Assembly: GCA_963794325.1 (NCBI GenBank)
Contig: CAWCDG010000004.1
Span: 1-64,000, forward strand
Reading direction: 5' to 3'
From: an uncultured delta proteobacterium
GTDB lineage: Bacteria; Desulfobacterota; Binatia; Binatales; Binataceae
DNA: 64,000 nt
This document shows positions 8,278 through 18,439 of this stretch, one piece after another; the stretch's first letter is position 1; every line of letters starts with the position of its first letter. Under the pieces are notes generated by a model. That model worked only from the letters and a program-made list of their open reading frames with translations. It did no database searches and had not been told where the DNA came from. Made by a program: the position numbers and the translations under genes.

Positions 8278-8667
8278 TCAGATGGCGGTTCGTTCTACGA
8301 ATTCCAGGCGGTTGCCCCAGGGGTCGCGGACGAAGAAGCGGTCCTGGCCGGGGAATCGGTTGCCTGCGATTATTTCTATGCCGGCGGTTTTCAGTTTCTG
8401 ACGGAGTGCTTCGAGATTGGCGACGCGGAAGGCGGGATGCCGGCGCGATTTTTTGTTGACCGTCGATGCGTCTTTCTCGGTAGTCAGATGCAGTTGCTGC
8501 ACGCCGCATTGGTACCATGCGCCGGGGTTGCCGCTGTCGGTGTTGGCGGGACGCTCGAGGGGTTCAAGGCCGAGCAGTTCCTGGTAAAATGCGCGCGCCC
8601 GCGAGAGCGCGTCGTCGCCGGCGTCGATGAGAAGGTTTACGTGATCGAGTCCAATAATCAGTCCCAT
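8278..8667 (-). CDS. VOC/glyoxalase family protein
   Basis: LDHVNL..ARAFYQELLGL..QLHL..HPAFRV..FFVRDPWGNRLEF. Confidence 0.9.
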   Translation of the reverse strand: MGLIIGLDHVNLLIDAGDDALSRARAFYQELLGLEPLERPANTDSGNPGAWYQCGVQQLHLTTEKDASTVNKKSRRHPAFRVANLEALRQKLKTAGIEIIAGNRFPGQDRFFVRDPWGNRLEFVERTAI

Positions 8668-8807
8668 CGCTAATCTCCCTGGCAGTCTTCGAGCCGATCA
8701 GTTTTTTTACTTTTTTACGGCGGCTGGTGGGAGTCAATCGGTTGAGGAGGCGGCCCCCGGGCACGGCGGCCCGCCCCACTGAAAAATGGTATATCGTGGC
8801 GACGCTT

Positions 8808-10760
8808 GTGAATTTTCGGTTGGCTCAAAAGATCGCGACGGCTGCATTGGCAATTGCGGCGATATACCTGCTCTCGATTCTGGTGACGGGCGGCTATGCG
8901 GTAAACCTCGCCGGCGTCCAGTTCGAGGCCAACAAGCTGTGGCCTGCGATCGTTGCGATGCTCGGATTCGCCCTTCTGCGGACTGTATTCGCGAATGGAT
9001 CGGTCGAGGGCGCGGTGAAATCGCATCCGGGATTTATCATTTTCTCGGTTGCACTGATCGTGTTTCTGGCAAATGGGCGCACGATATCCGGCGGCGATTC
9101 GGTGCCTGCGAAGAATCTGCCGCTCAGTATCCTGCGTCACGGGAATTTCTATCTGGATCAACTGGTCACTCCCGGTGCGAAGAAGATTCCCTATTACCTG
9201 CGCGAGAGCGGTGGGCATTACGTGTCCGACTATACGGTCGGCGCCGCGCTGATTGCGTTGCCGTTCTATGTGCCGTCGATCGTGTGCGGCGTCCTCCCGA
9301 GCAGCCGGGTTTTCGCGGAGCTCGAAAAAGTCTCGGCGGCGACGATCGTCGCATTGTCCGCCGTGCTGCTTTACATGGCCGCCGCGCGCGTCACCGCCAA
9401 CTGGATGGCGATGCTGCTCACGTTCATCTACGCCTTCGGCACCAGCAGTCTCAGCGTAAGCAGCCAGGCGCTATGGCAGCATGGTCCGGCTCAGCTCGCG
9501 CTCGCGTCGGCGATCTATTGTCTGATTCGCGCCCGCGACGATCCACGTTGGGCGGGCTACGCGGGCCTGCCGCTCGCGTTCGAGGTGATCACGCGCCAGG
9601 CCGATGCGCTTATCGCAGCGCCGCTCGGGTTGTACGTTATCGTCAGTTACCGCCGCGAGATTTGGAGGTTCGTCGCAGCTGCGATCGCCCCGCTACTTTT
9701 TCAAGTTTGGTACAGCACCGCCTACTTCGGATCGCCGTTTCGAATTCAATTTTTCACTGAGCCAACGTCGGTAGGCGGCCAAACCGTGGCGCCGAGCGGA
9801 TTGTGGACGACCTCGCTCGCGAATGGATTGGCAGTAGTAGTGCTGAGTCCCGGCCGCGGATTGTTCTTCTATTCGCCGATTTTCATTTTGTCATTCGTGG
9901 GATTGGCGCTGGCCTGGCGAAAAAATGGCGACGTGCTTTTGCGGTATCTGGGAGTCGGCGCGATTTTTACAATTTTGTTGATCGCGAAGTGGCACAAGAC
10001 TTCGGGCGGCGAGTCATTCGGCCCGCGCCTGCTTGCCGATCTCACACCGATAATGGCGCTTGCACTGTTTCCGCTCGCTGATTCGATTCGCACTCGCCGC
10101 ACGCTGGCGGTGGCGTTCGCAATGCTCGGCATCTGGTCGATAACCGCGAACGCGTCGGGCGCGTTCATCAGCTATCGAGGATGGAACCAGTGGGCGCTCA
10201 ACGACGCGGATAAGCGACTGTGGTTGTGGGGTGATAATCCCGTAGTGGATCCATTCCGATCGACTTTCGACGCGATGAGGATTGCGATTGGTCATCGCGC
10301 GACCAGCCGCAATTCTCCCGACCTGCTTGATGCCAGCCTGGTCGTGGTCAAGGCGCCTGCGCACGATCCCGCGCCGGACGCGCGCATTCACGTTGCCATC
10401 CGTGCCACAAATACCGGCAGGGCCGTGTGGCTCGGAGGACGTTCAGCCGATGAGCGGGGAATGGTCAGCCTGGGGTGGGTATGGAAGCGCGAGGGGAAGG
10501 TGGTCGGAGACGGTGAGGTTCGACGCGAACTTCACCTGGACGTGTTTCCGGGAGACTCTATGGATCTGGACGCATCGACCTTCGCGCCAAGCCCGCCGGG
10601 TCAATACGAACTCGAGATTTTGCTTGCGGCCGCGGTCGCGAACCAGGCTCCGCGCGTCGATCGGTCCGCCCTTGACGGTTCCGGTGAAAGTCGCCGCGCC
10701 GGCAATTTCATCCGGCGGGTCGCCGTAGACGAGAATCAGAGCTGGCGTTCTTGTTGCTGA
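8808..10760 (+). CDS. Polytopic GT-C-like membrane protein with C-terminal Ig-like domain; probable indel near 10650 (true stop possibly 10728)
   Basis: SGGDSVPA, SQALWQHG, SPGRGLFFYSP, ESFGPRLL in a multi-TM frame; C-terminal ATNTGRAVW...PGD...PPGQYEL. Confidence 0.65.
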   Translation: MNFRLAQKIATAALAIAAIYLLSILVTGGYAVNLAGVQFEANKLWPAIVAMLGFALLRTVFANGSVEGAVKSHPGFIIFSVALIVFLANGRTISGGDSVPAKNLPLSILRHGNFYLDQLVTPGAKKIPYYLRESGGHYVSDYTVGAALIALPFYVPSIVCGVLPSSRVFAELEKVSAATIVALSAVLLYMAAARVTANWMAMLLTFIYAFGTSSLSVSSQALWQHGPAQLALASAIYCLIRARDDPRWAGYAGLPLAFEVITRQADALIAAPLGLYVIVSYRREIWRFVAAAIAPLLFQVWYSTAYFGSPFRIQFFTEPTSVGGQTVAPSGLWTTSLANGLAVVVLSPGRGLFFYSPIFILSFVGLALAWRKNGDVLLRYLGVGAIFTILLIAKWHKTSGGESFGPRLLADLTPIMALALFPLADSIRTRRTLAVAFAMLGIWSITANASGAFISYRGWNQWALNDADKRLWLWGDNPVVDPFRSTFDAMRIAIGHRATSRNSPDLLDASLVVVKAPAHDPAPDARIHVAIRATNTGRAVWLGGRSADERGMVSLGWVWKREGKVVGDGEVRRELHLDVFPGDSMDLDASTFAPSPPGQYELEILLAAAVANQAPRVDRSALDGSGESRRAGNFIRRVAVDENQSWRSCC

Positions 10761-10770
10761 CGCGAGCCGA

Positions 10771-11502
10771 TCACTTGGTCTTCGACACCGGGGTCGGTCC
10801 TCCGCCAGGGCCGTTAAAAGCTCCGGCGCCAGCCGCAATACCAACGCCCACGCCGGCCGCTAAGCCTACTCCAAGGGCGCCAATACCTACCGCACCCAGG
10901 CCACCGCCCTCCCAGAAGGCGCCGCACCTGACCTCGGTATGCTCACCCTTGTGAACGTCCTTGCACACGGGGGGATTTTCGGTATTGCAGACCTGAACTG
11001 TGCCGTCGTCGACGCCCACCTTGGTGGTCTGGCGGCATCCGTTGTGATCCTGGGTGTCGTAATGTTCGTTCCAATCGGTCCCGCGAACCGCTCCGATTGC
11101 GTTCGGCGTATTGACCTCGAAGGTCGTGGAACTTCCACGCATCGCGCCCAAAATTACCGTGTGCAAATCGCCGTTCAGCAGCCCGACCCTGCTCGGCGCG
11201 CCGACGCCGTTAACCAATACGCTGTTGTCGATGGTGATAGTCGAGGATGCGCCCAATTGTAGGGAACTATTATCAACCAAGCCTATGGTGAGAGAGCCGT
11301 CGGCCCCGGTCGAAATCTCATCGTGCAGCATGACTGGCATGTTGGAAACTGCGGCGATCGTAGCCCCATTGCGCTGTATGTTCGCCGCACCCTGAACCTG
11401 GGTGATCGTACCGACAGTATTTTGCGCGTGAGCGGCCGGAACCGCTGCCGCAATTGTCAGCATCGCAAGTATGAAAAGCGATGCAATCCTTGAAAATTTC
11501 AT
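10771..11502 (-). CDS. Secreted FecR-domain protein with Gly-rich hydrophobic C-terminal tail
   Basis: Signal peptide ending AHA; ISTGADG, DNSSLQLG, FEVNTPNAIGAVRGT (FecR-like); tail GLGAVGIGALGVGLAAGVGVGIAAG...PVSKTK. Confidence 0.8.
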   Translation of the reverse strand: MKFSRIASLFILAMLTIAAAVPAAHAQNTVGTITQVQGAANIQRNGATIAAVSNMPVMLHDEISTGADGSLTIGLVDNSSLQLGASSTITIDNSVLVNGVGAPSRVGLLNGDLHTVILGAMRGSSTTFEVNTPNAIGAVRGTDWNEHYDTQDHNGCRQTTKVGVDDGTVQVCNTENPPVCKDVHKGEHTEVRCGAFWEGGGLGAVGIGALGVGLAAGVGVGIAAGAGAFNGPGGGPTPVSKTK

Positions 11503-11778
11503 TTGAATAGACCCCCGCATCTTAGCCTCGATGCCTCCCGAAAGCGCTTCTGTCACTGCTGAGCGCGAGCAGTATGGCAGAATATTGATGTTGACGAAAA
11601 CGTTCGCATACGGCGCAAATGAATATACCTTTTAAGCGTAGTAATGTCTAGAGTCGCTAAGGCGCGATTTGTTAAGCTTTCCTTCCCGATGCTAGTCTAA
11701 CGCAAAGTTTCAGATTTGATACAAAATCCTTTGGCCCAATCACGCGGCGGGCCGATTAGCACCCGGCGTGAGGTGGTG

Positions 11779-13023
11779 TCAGTCGCGCGATGCGCGAAGG
11801 GCGGCCTGTCGGCGAGCGGGCGCGTCCTCGTCGATAGCGGTCTCGGCGCGATCGTTCTTGAGCGCCGCCGGAAGAGTCAGAATGCGGTTGTTCTCTTCCC
11901 TGGCGAGCACGCTTCGATAGAGGTCTAGAGTTCGTGCCGCCATTTTAGCGATTCCGAATTCATTGACTACGCGATCGCGGCCAGCGCGTCCCATCTTTAT
12001 GCGCAGATCCGGGTTGTCCAACAACCGGTTGAGCGCCGCCGCCATCTCGTCGGAACTTCTGGGCGCGACGGTGAAGCCGGTGACGCCGTCCTGCGATACG
12101 AACGGAACGCCGGTATCGATCCGGGTATTCACCACCGGCACGCCGGAGGCCATGGCCTCCAACTGAACAATCCCGAAGGCTTCGCTGCGCTCACACGATG
12201 GCAGCGCGAAGATAGCAGACGCGTGGTAGTAATTAACCAGATTGTCGTCGACCTCACCGAGAAAAACGACGCGGTCCGGACGCCCGGCGCTCGCCGCCTC
12301 ACGCTCCAGGTCGGCTCGCAGTGGCCCGTCGCCAATAATGACCAGCTTGGCATCGACCTTTGCCATCGCGCGGATGAGGAACTTTATCCCCTTGTAATAG
12401 ACCAGGCGTCCGACTGACAGAATCGTCCTCGGGCCGAAGCGTTGGCGGAGTCTCTCGACAGTGGAACGATCAACCCGATCGTCGCCGAACTGGTCCGCGT
12501 CGATTCCGTAAGGAATCAAATGGCACTTGCCGGCATGCTCGTGGAGGACCGCCGAGCTTGCGCTGTAAGCCGGTGAGGTAGCGACAATCGCAGCACATCG
12601 ATTAAGCAACATGCGCTCGAGTGGTCGATAGAGGCGGAGCAATTTTCGCTGGCGCACGATGTCGCTATGCCAGGTGACGACGACCGCACCCGCAGGCCGA
12701 GCGAGCAGGCATGCAATCGCAGCCGCCGGGTTCGGCAGATGCAGATGCACGATGTCCGCCCTTTCGAGCCTGATGCTGGCGACCATCGTCGGGCATATCG
12801 GCGCCGATGCCAGCGTCATGACGCATGGGAGGCGGATCACGTCGATGCCGTCGATATTTTCGCGGGCGCGACGCAGACGATCGTTCGCGACGATTACTTT
12901 CACGTCGACTGACTTGCGCAGCTCCGCAGACAAGTCGCGCACGTGCGACTCGATGCCACCGCGGCTCGGTGCAAAATACTTTCCGATCTGCAGTACGCGG
13001 AGCCGGCTGCCGTTGGAGGTCAT
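11779..13023 (-). CDS. Glycosyltransferase family 4
   Basis: LQIGKYF..GGIE, VGRLVYYKG, SEAFGIVQLEAMASGVPVV. Confidence 0.92.
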   Translation of the reverse strand: MTSNGSRLRVLQIGKYFAPSRGGIESHVRDLSAELRKSVDVKVIVANDRLRRARENIDGIDVIRLPCVMTLASAPICPTMVASIRLERADIVHLHLPNPAAAIACLLARPAGAVVVTWHSDIVRQRKLLRLYRPLERMLLNRCAAIVATSPAYSASSAVLHEHAGKCHLIPYGIDADQFGDDRVDRSTVERLRQRFGPRTILSVGRLVYYKGIKFLIRAMAKVDAKLVIIGDGPLRADLEREAASAGRPDRVVFLGEVDDNLVNYYHASAIFALPSCERSEAFGIVQLEAMASGVPVVNTRIDTGVPFVSQDGVTGFTVAPRSSDEMAAALNRLLDNPDLRIKMGRAGRDRVVNEFGIAKMAARTLDLYRSVLAREENNRILTLPAALKNDRAETAIDEDAPARRQAALRASRD

Positions 13024-13862
13024 CGGTGTAAGTTTACCATGTAATTCGCACGAGGATTGGGTTGACTCGCATCAAATCGCAAAAGCGGCGAACAAACGAA
13101 CCAGACCTGGCTGGCAAACCATTTGCCGACGCCGTCGGGCGAGAAGTGGATTTTTCTGATGCGGAAACGGCGTCGGATCTTCGATTCGAGAGCTCTCCAG
13201 TTGAAACCCTTGTGGCCGTGGTACTTGAGATCAATATTCGGCGCCAAGGTGGTGCTGTAAAGCGGGCGCTCGATCTGGGTACTCTCGCTCGCCATCAGAC
13301 TCGTCCGGAATTCCGCGAAGCTGTACTTCTCCCGATGTTCGTAGTCGCCCAGGCGCTGCCATGCGGCAATCGAGCGGACCAACTGCTTGACCGCAAGCGC
13401 CGGCCCGATTTCGACCGGCACGCTGATTATCACCGTGCCGGTCGGGGAAACAGTCCGCGAGAAATCGTCAAGCGCAGCTTCCACCGCGATATCGAGGCAA
13501 TGCTCGAGCACTTCGGTGCAGAGGACGACGTCGTACGCGCCATCATGCTCGGGACGTGCGAGGTCGCTGGTCAAGGCGAAGTTGATTGAGGGAAAAGCGT
13601 CAAGACGGGTTCGGCACTCTTCTACACGCGCGGAGTCGATCTCGGCGCCGGTCGCGCGCGGAAAGAGGTCGTGAACCATCGCGAGAAACGTTCCGTCGCC
13701 ACAGCCGTAGTCGAGCAGCTTCCCGCCCGCATACGGTTCCACCATGCGGCGGGCCATTTCGAAGCGGCTGCGATGGCTCCACCGGAGAATCCGATTGCGC
13801 GAGAAGAGCTGCTTGCGCGCGTAGTGGCCGCTTTGCAGGCACTGGTCGAGTGATTCTGGCAT
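13020..13862 (-). CDS. Class I SAM-dependent methyltransferase
   Basis: LLDYGCGDG, YDVVLCTEVLEH; start placed at MPESL. Confidence 0.88.
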   Translation of the reverse strand: MPESLDQCLQSGHYARKQLFSRNRILRWSHRSRFEMARRMVEPYAGGKLLDYGCGDGTFLAMVHDLFPRATGAEIDSARVEECRTRLDAFPSINFALTSDLARPEHDGAYDVVLCTEVLEHCLDIAVEAALDDFSRTVSPTGTVIISVPVEIGPALAVKQLVRSIAAWQRLGDYEHREKYSFAEFRTSLMASESTQIERPLYSTTLAPNIDLKYHGHKGFNWRALESKIRRRFRIRKIHFSPDGVGKWFASQVWFVCSPLLRFDASQPNPRANYMVNLHR

Positions 13863-13884
13863 CGAGGATTGTCTCTGGCGCGAA

Positions 13885-15048
13885 TCAGGCGGCGATACGC
13901 CGGCGGTCCGCAAGGTTCCGATAGTAAGCGGCGTACTGTTTTGCAACCGCGGCGACCGAATATGGTTGCACACGCTCGAAGCCGCGGCGAGCCATGTCGG
14001 CGCGCATTGTTGTGCTGCCCAGCACTTCGATTATCGTTTTGGCCCATGCCGCGGCGTCATTCTCGGGCAAAGTCCTGCCGGCGTCTCCGATGACGTATGG
14101 GATTTCTCCGGAGTCGCTGCCAAGCACCGGCACGCCGCAGGCGAAAGCCTCGATTACCATGCGGCCGAACTGTTCCCGCCATCGGGGACCGGTTTGACTG
14201 GGAGCAAGCAGCAGGTCCGCTGCGCCCAGATATGCAGGGACGTCGCGATGCGGCACGAGACGGACCTGCACGCGATTGCTCCAGCCGCGTGCCGCCGCCC
14301 AGGTGCGAAGCTCGGCTTCCATCGGACCGGCGCCCATGACGAGCAAGCTCCAGGGAGTCGCGCCGCCGACCGCATCCATCGCGCGCATCATCAGATCGAT
14401 TCCCTTGGCGCGCGTCAGCCTGCCGACGTAGGCGACAATCGGGAGCTGCAAGCCGAGTTCGTGCGCAACCGTTTGCTTGCGTTCCGGCGCGAGCGGTTTG
14501 AATGCGTTGAGATCGACGGCGAGAGTCATGATGCGTCCCCGCTCTTCAGGATAGCCGCGACTGACCCGGGACTCGAACACGAGTTTGCCGCCGGCAATCC
14601 ATCCTTGCGCACGCTCGAGCGCGACGCGCTCGAAGTAAGAAAAAGGAAATGGATAGCGCTTGTTCATATTCTGCGCGGTGCGAAAGCAAAACGCGGCGCG
14701 CGACTTGGCCATCGCTCGCGCGATTTGATAGCCGGCGTAGATGTACGGCTCCTCCCAGGCGTGCACGACATCAAAGTCACCGTTTTCGATCAGCGTCCCG
14801 AGACCGCGGCTATCATAGGCAAATATTTGCGTCCACTGCGTCAGCCGCGCGGCCAGTGGCTTCAGCGTCAGAGGGGAATCTGGCGGTTCCGGCTGCAGCT
14901 CGATCCTGCCGAGACCGCTGCGGAAGGCGATCGGGGCTGCGACTGTAACGTCAAGCTGAGAATCGCGAGCGACCTGGCGAACCAGCGCGCGATTCTCCGC
15001 GACCACGTACGAGTGGCCAATCGTGAGCACTCGGGTGCGATCGTTCAA
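13885..15048 (-). CDS. Glycosyltransferase family 4
   Basis: YVGRLTRAKG, WREQFGRMVIEAFACGVPV. Confidence 0.92.
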   Translation of the reverse strand: MNDRTRVLTIGHSYVVAENRALVRQVARDSQLDVTVAAPIAFRSGLGRIELQPEPPDSPLTLKPLAARLTQWTQIFAYDSRGLGTLIENGDFDVVHAWEEPYIYAGYQIARAMAKSRAAFCFRTAQNMNKRYPFPFSYFERVALERAQGWIAGGKLVFESRVSRGYPEERGRIMTLAVDLNAFKPLAPERKQTVAHELGLQLPIVAYVGRLTRAKGIDLMMRAMDAVGGATPWSLLVMGAGPMEAELRTWAAARGWSNRVQVRLVPHRDVPAYLGAADLLLAPSQTGPRWREQFGRMVIEAFACGVPVLGSDSGEIPYVIGDAGRTLPENDAAAWAKTIIEVLGSTTMRADMARRGFERVQPYSVAAVAKQYAAYYRNLADRRRIAA

Positions 15049-15055
15049 GCGCTTT

Positions 15056-16198
15056 CTATCGTGGGCCTTGAGATGAGTTGTCCAGCACGGATCTGATTCT
15101 CGAACAGATGAACTCCACGTCCTCTCGCGTGAGCTTAACGCCGCAGGGGAAACTGATGCCCCTGCGCGACAGGTCTTCCGCGACTGGGAACGCCGCGCCG
15201 GAATCGTACTTTCGCATCGGCGGCAGCGTGTGCAGCGGCTTGAAGAAAGGGCGCGAGTCGATACCGCTGGCGCGCAGCTCCGACATCATCGAAGCAGGAT
15301 CGAGACGGCTGGGAAGCAGCGCGCAAACCATCCAGAAACTACTCTCCGCCCACGGCATCGACGGGTTGAGTCTCAAATCTTCGCGATCGCCCAGGAATTC
15401 GCGATACCAACCCATGATCTGACGCTTGCGCGCGATCAACTCCGGGGCGCGCCTGAGCTGCGCGAGGCCCAGCGCGGCCTGCAGATTGGTGATGCGGTAG
15501 TTGTAGCCGATCTCGGAATGGTAGTAGCGCGTCTCGGGACGCATCGCATGGTCGTGCAGAAAGTTGGCGCGATCGGCCAGCGCGGAATCGTTGGTCACAA
15601 TCATCCCGCCTTCGCCGCTGGTGATCAGCTTGTTGCCGTAGAAAGAAAAAATACCGGCGTTGCCGAGGCCGCCCGTCATGCGGCCCTTGTAAGTCGCGCC
15701 GTGAGATTCGGCAGCGTCTTCGATCACGATCAGGTTGTGACGCGACGCCGAATCCAGGATCGGATCCATCTCGGCCGGGTGACCATAAAGATGAACCGGA
15801 ATGATCGCGCGGGTGCGCGGTGTGATAGCGTGCTCGACACTGGCTGGATTCAGGCACCAGGTATGCGGCTCGGAGTCCACGAACACCGGGACGGCACCGG
15901 CGTAGATGACAGCGCTCGCAGTCGCGATAAATGTGAGCGTCGGCACGATGACTTCGTCGCCCGGCCCGATGCCGAGCGCGGCCAGAGTAAGATGAAGCGC
16001 GACGGTGCCGTTGGCGGTGCTGACGGCGTGGCGGGTGGCGCAGAACTCGGCGAATCCTCGCTCGAACTCCTCGACGTAGCGGCCCAACGACGAAACCCAT
16101 CCCGAGCGCACCGCGTCGGTGACGTACTCGATCTCGAGTTCACCGATGTCCGGTTCGGCGATCGGGTAGAATTTCCGCGCGTCTGTTTTCTCAGCCAA
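15056..16198 (-). CDS. DegT/DnrJ/EryC1/StrS aminotransferase (perosamine synthase-like)
   Basis: NGTVALHL, PVHLYGHP, IEDAAESHG, FSFYGNKLITSGEGG (PLP lysine), GYNYR. Confidence 0.93.
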   Translation of the reverse strand: MAEKTDARKFYPIAEPDIGELEIEYVTDAVRSGWVSSLGRYVEEFERGFAEFCATRHAVSTANGTVALHLTLAALGIGPGDEVIVPTLTFIATASAVIYAGAVPVFVDSEPHTWCLNPASVEHAITPRTRAIIPVHLYGHPAEMDPILDSASRHNLIVIEDAAESHGATYKGRMTGGLGNAGIFSFYGNKLITSGEGGMIVTNDSALADRANFLHDHAMRPETRYYHSEIGYNYRITNLQAALGLAQLRRAPELIARKRQIMGWYREFLGDREDLRLNPSMPWAESSFWMVCALLPSRLDPASMMSELRASGIDSRPFFKPLHTLPPMRKYDSGAAFPVAEDLSRRGISFPCGVKLTREDVEFICSRIRSVLDNSSQGPR

Positions 16199-16253
16199 TT
16201 TTTTTCAGCCTCTGATGTGATGTCCCACAAATACGGAAGCGCGCGTTGTTCGC

Positions 16254-17156
16254 TCACACTGTCGGCAGGGCTTTGGGGAGGTGGCGTTTGAGGGCGCGGG
16301 CGAACAGGCTGTCCAGCATGCGGTCTGAGACGCACTGAGCGAGGCGAACGATGATCGCAGCGTCGCGGCCGACGGTATAGCGAGTGCGAGGCCGCTTGCT
16401 GATGATCGCGTCGGCGATGACTCGTCCGGCCTCCTCGGCGGGCAGCCCTTGCCCTTCGCGCGTGAAGGTCTGGGCCTGTGCGATGACGGCTTGCATGAGC
16501 GCGTCGTAGCGACCGCGCTGTTCCGCGGTCATGCCGCTGGTGATGCGCTCGGCGGCGATGACAAGGCGACCAGTCATCTCGGTGTTGACCGCGCCCGGTT
16601 CGATGACGACGACTTTCACGCCGAAATCGGCGACCTCGCGGCGCAACGCATCGCTGACAGCCTCGAGGGCGAACTTGGAACCGGCGTAGGCTCCGTAGCC
16701 TGCCATCGCCACCTTGCCCCCGACCGAGGTCACGTTGACAACCGTCCCGCGGCTCTCGATGAGCGTGGGCAGGAGTGCTTGCGTCATCGCGACGTGGCCG
16801 AAGAGGTTGACGTCGAATAACTGGCGCCACTCGGAGAGCGGCAGCGCCTCCACAGGCGCGTTGACCTGGATTCCGGCGTTGTTGACGAGGGCGCGCAGCG
16901 GACGGCGGTCGGGGTCGTCGGCGATGCGCTTCACGAGCATCGCGATCTCGGCCTCGTTGGTGATGTCGAGTCGGCTCGGCTCGACATTCGCGGATCGGAT
17001 AGCGTCGGCGTCGGCCTCGCGACGTACGCCGGCGAGGACGTGAAAGCCGCGCTTGGCGAGTTCGCGGGCGGTGGCGGCGCCGATTCCCGTCGAGGCCCCG
17101 GTCACCACGACGAGCGCATGACGGAGGGGGATGTTTGTTTGAGCCGGGATTTCCAT
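16254..17156 (-). CDS. Classical short-chain dehydrogenase/reductase
   Basis: TGASTGIG, VNNAG, YAGSK. Confidence 0.93.
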   Translation of the reverse strand: MEIPAQTNIPLRHALVVVTGASTGIGAATARELAKRGFHVLAGVRREADADAIRSANVEPSRLDITNEAEIAMLVKRIADDPDRRPLRALVNNAGIQVNAPVEALPLSEWRQLFDVNLFGHVAMTQALLPTLIESRGTVVNVTSVGGKVAMAGYGAYAGSKFALEAVSDALRREVADFGVKVVVIEPGAVNTEMTGRLVIAAERITSGMTAEQRGRYDALMQAVIAQAQTFTREGQGLPAEEAGRVIADAIISKRPRTRYTVGRDAAIIVRLAQCVSDRMLDSLFARALKRHLPKALPTV

Positions 17157-17261
17157 TTTCAATTCTGATTCACGGTCGCACCGACACCTGGAGGCTTGCA
17201 AACGCGACGTAGCTGAAGCGCGGTGGGCGGATGTTCCAGAACGAACCGGACCATTTTAGAT

Positions 17262-18422
17262 TTATTTGTGGGACTCGACACTAGTGTCCTGCCTGGTCAG
17301 ATCGTTCAGAAGAAGAGCGATCTTTTGGCGGAAGCCTTCGTAGCTGAACTCGGCTTCGATTCGTGCGCGCGCTGCCAGCCCCATTCGTCGCCGATTTTCG
17401 TCATCGAGCATGACGGTTTCGATCGCGTCGCGCATCGCCGCCGGATCGCGCGGCGAAATGACGCGGCCGTTTTCGCCGTCGATCACCGCCTCCTGCGAGC
17501 CGTCTTCATTGCCGACTACGATCGGTTTGCCGCACGCTGCCGCCTCGAGCGGCGTCAGCGGCACGCCCTCGCCCTTGCCCTGTCCGCGCTCGCTCACCAG
17601 CGAAAACATGTCGCCCAGATTATATACGTCGGGGAGCATCGCCTCGGGCACCGAGCCGATGAAGAAGGCCTTGCGCTCGAGGCCCATCTCGCGGGCGCGG
17701 CGCTGGAGCCTTTCGCGGTCGCCGCCGTCGCCGGCGAAGATGCCAATCACGTTTGGATTTTCCTTGAACGTCGCGAGCGCATCGAGCAGCCGGTCGTAAC
17801 CTTTATACCTCGTCACCGGTTCCATCCTGCCGAGCGTCAGCACATAGCGAAAGCCGGGACCGCTCGGGATTCCGAATTGCTCGAGAAGATCAGTGCGGCG
17901 CGGCTGCGGACGGAAGCGCGACAGATCGACGCAATCCCAAATCACGCGCACACGCTCCGGCTTGATTCCGTAATCGTTGACGACGAAGTCGCCCGAGAAG
18001 TGACAGTCCGAAACTACAGCGTCGGCTCCGCGCAGCAACGGCCGATACGCCCACTGCCATCGGCTCCAGAGTTCACGCCCGTAAACGTTGGCGACAACTC
18101 GCGCACCAAGCGCACAGAGTCGCGCGGTCCACGCGGCGGGCAGCAGGCGAATGTGACTGGACCATACGACGTCCGGACGCATCGCGAACGCGCGATTCGC
18201 GCCGCTGGCAAGATATGCACTCTCGCCGCGAAGTCCGAGACCGCGTCCCTGGTAGTCGACGTAGAACAGCTCCTCGAAGTCGTTCGGTTGCGGCGGAAAG
18301 AGCGACATGACATTGACGTTTGAGGCGCCCGCAATCTCGCGCAGCGCGCGAATCTGGTAGCGGCAGTATCTAGAGATTCCGCCTTTGTCGAAAACTCCGA
18401 TCCCAAGAAATAAAATCCTCAA
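17262..18422 (-). CDS. Glycosyltransferase family 4
   Basis: RILFL..KGGISRY, LGRM..YKG, GEGVPLTPLEAAACGKP; TTG start inferred. Confidence 0.88.
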   Translation of the reverse strand: MRILFLGIGVFDKGGISRYCRYQIRALREIAGASNVNVMSLFPPQPNDFEELFYVDYQGRGLGLRGESAYLASGANRAFAMRPDVVWSSHIRLLPAAWTARLCALGARVVANVYGRELWSRWQWAYRPLLRGADAVVSDCHFSGDFVVNDYGIKPERVRVIWDCVDLSRFRPQPRRTDLLEQFGIPSGPGFRYVLTLGRMEPVTRYKGYDRLLDALATFKENPNVIGIFAGDGGDRERLQRRAREMGLERKAFFIGSVPEAMLPDVYNLGDMFSLVSERGQGKGEGVPLTPLEAAACGKPIVVGNEDGSQEAVIDGENGRVISPRDPAAMRDAIETVMLDDENRRRMGLAARARIEAEFSYEGFRQKIALLLNDLTRQDTSVESHK

Positions 18423-18439
18423 ATATTTTTCCCGGCGAG

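Noticed and set aside
11574-11590. Sigma54-like TGGCAGAATATTGA
   Set aside because: The -12 element is GA not GC and it points away from the adjacent minus-strand gene
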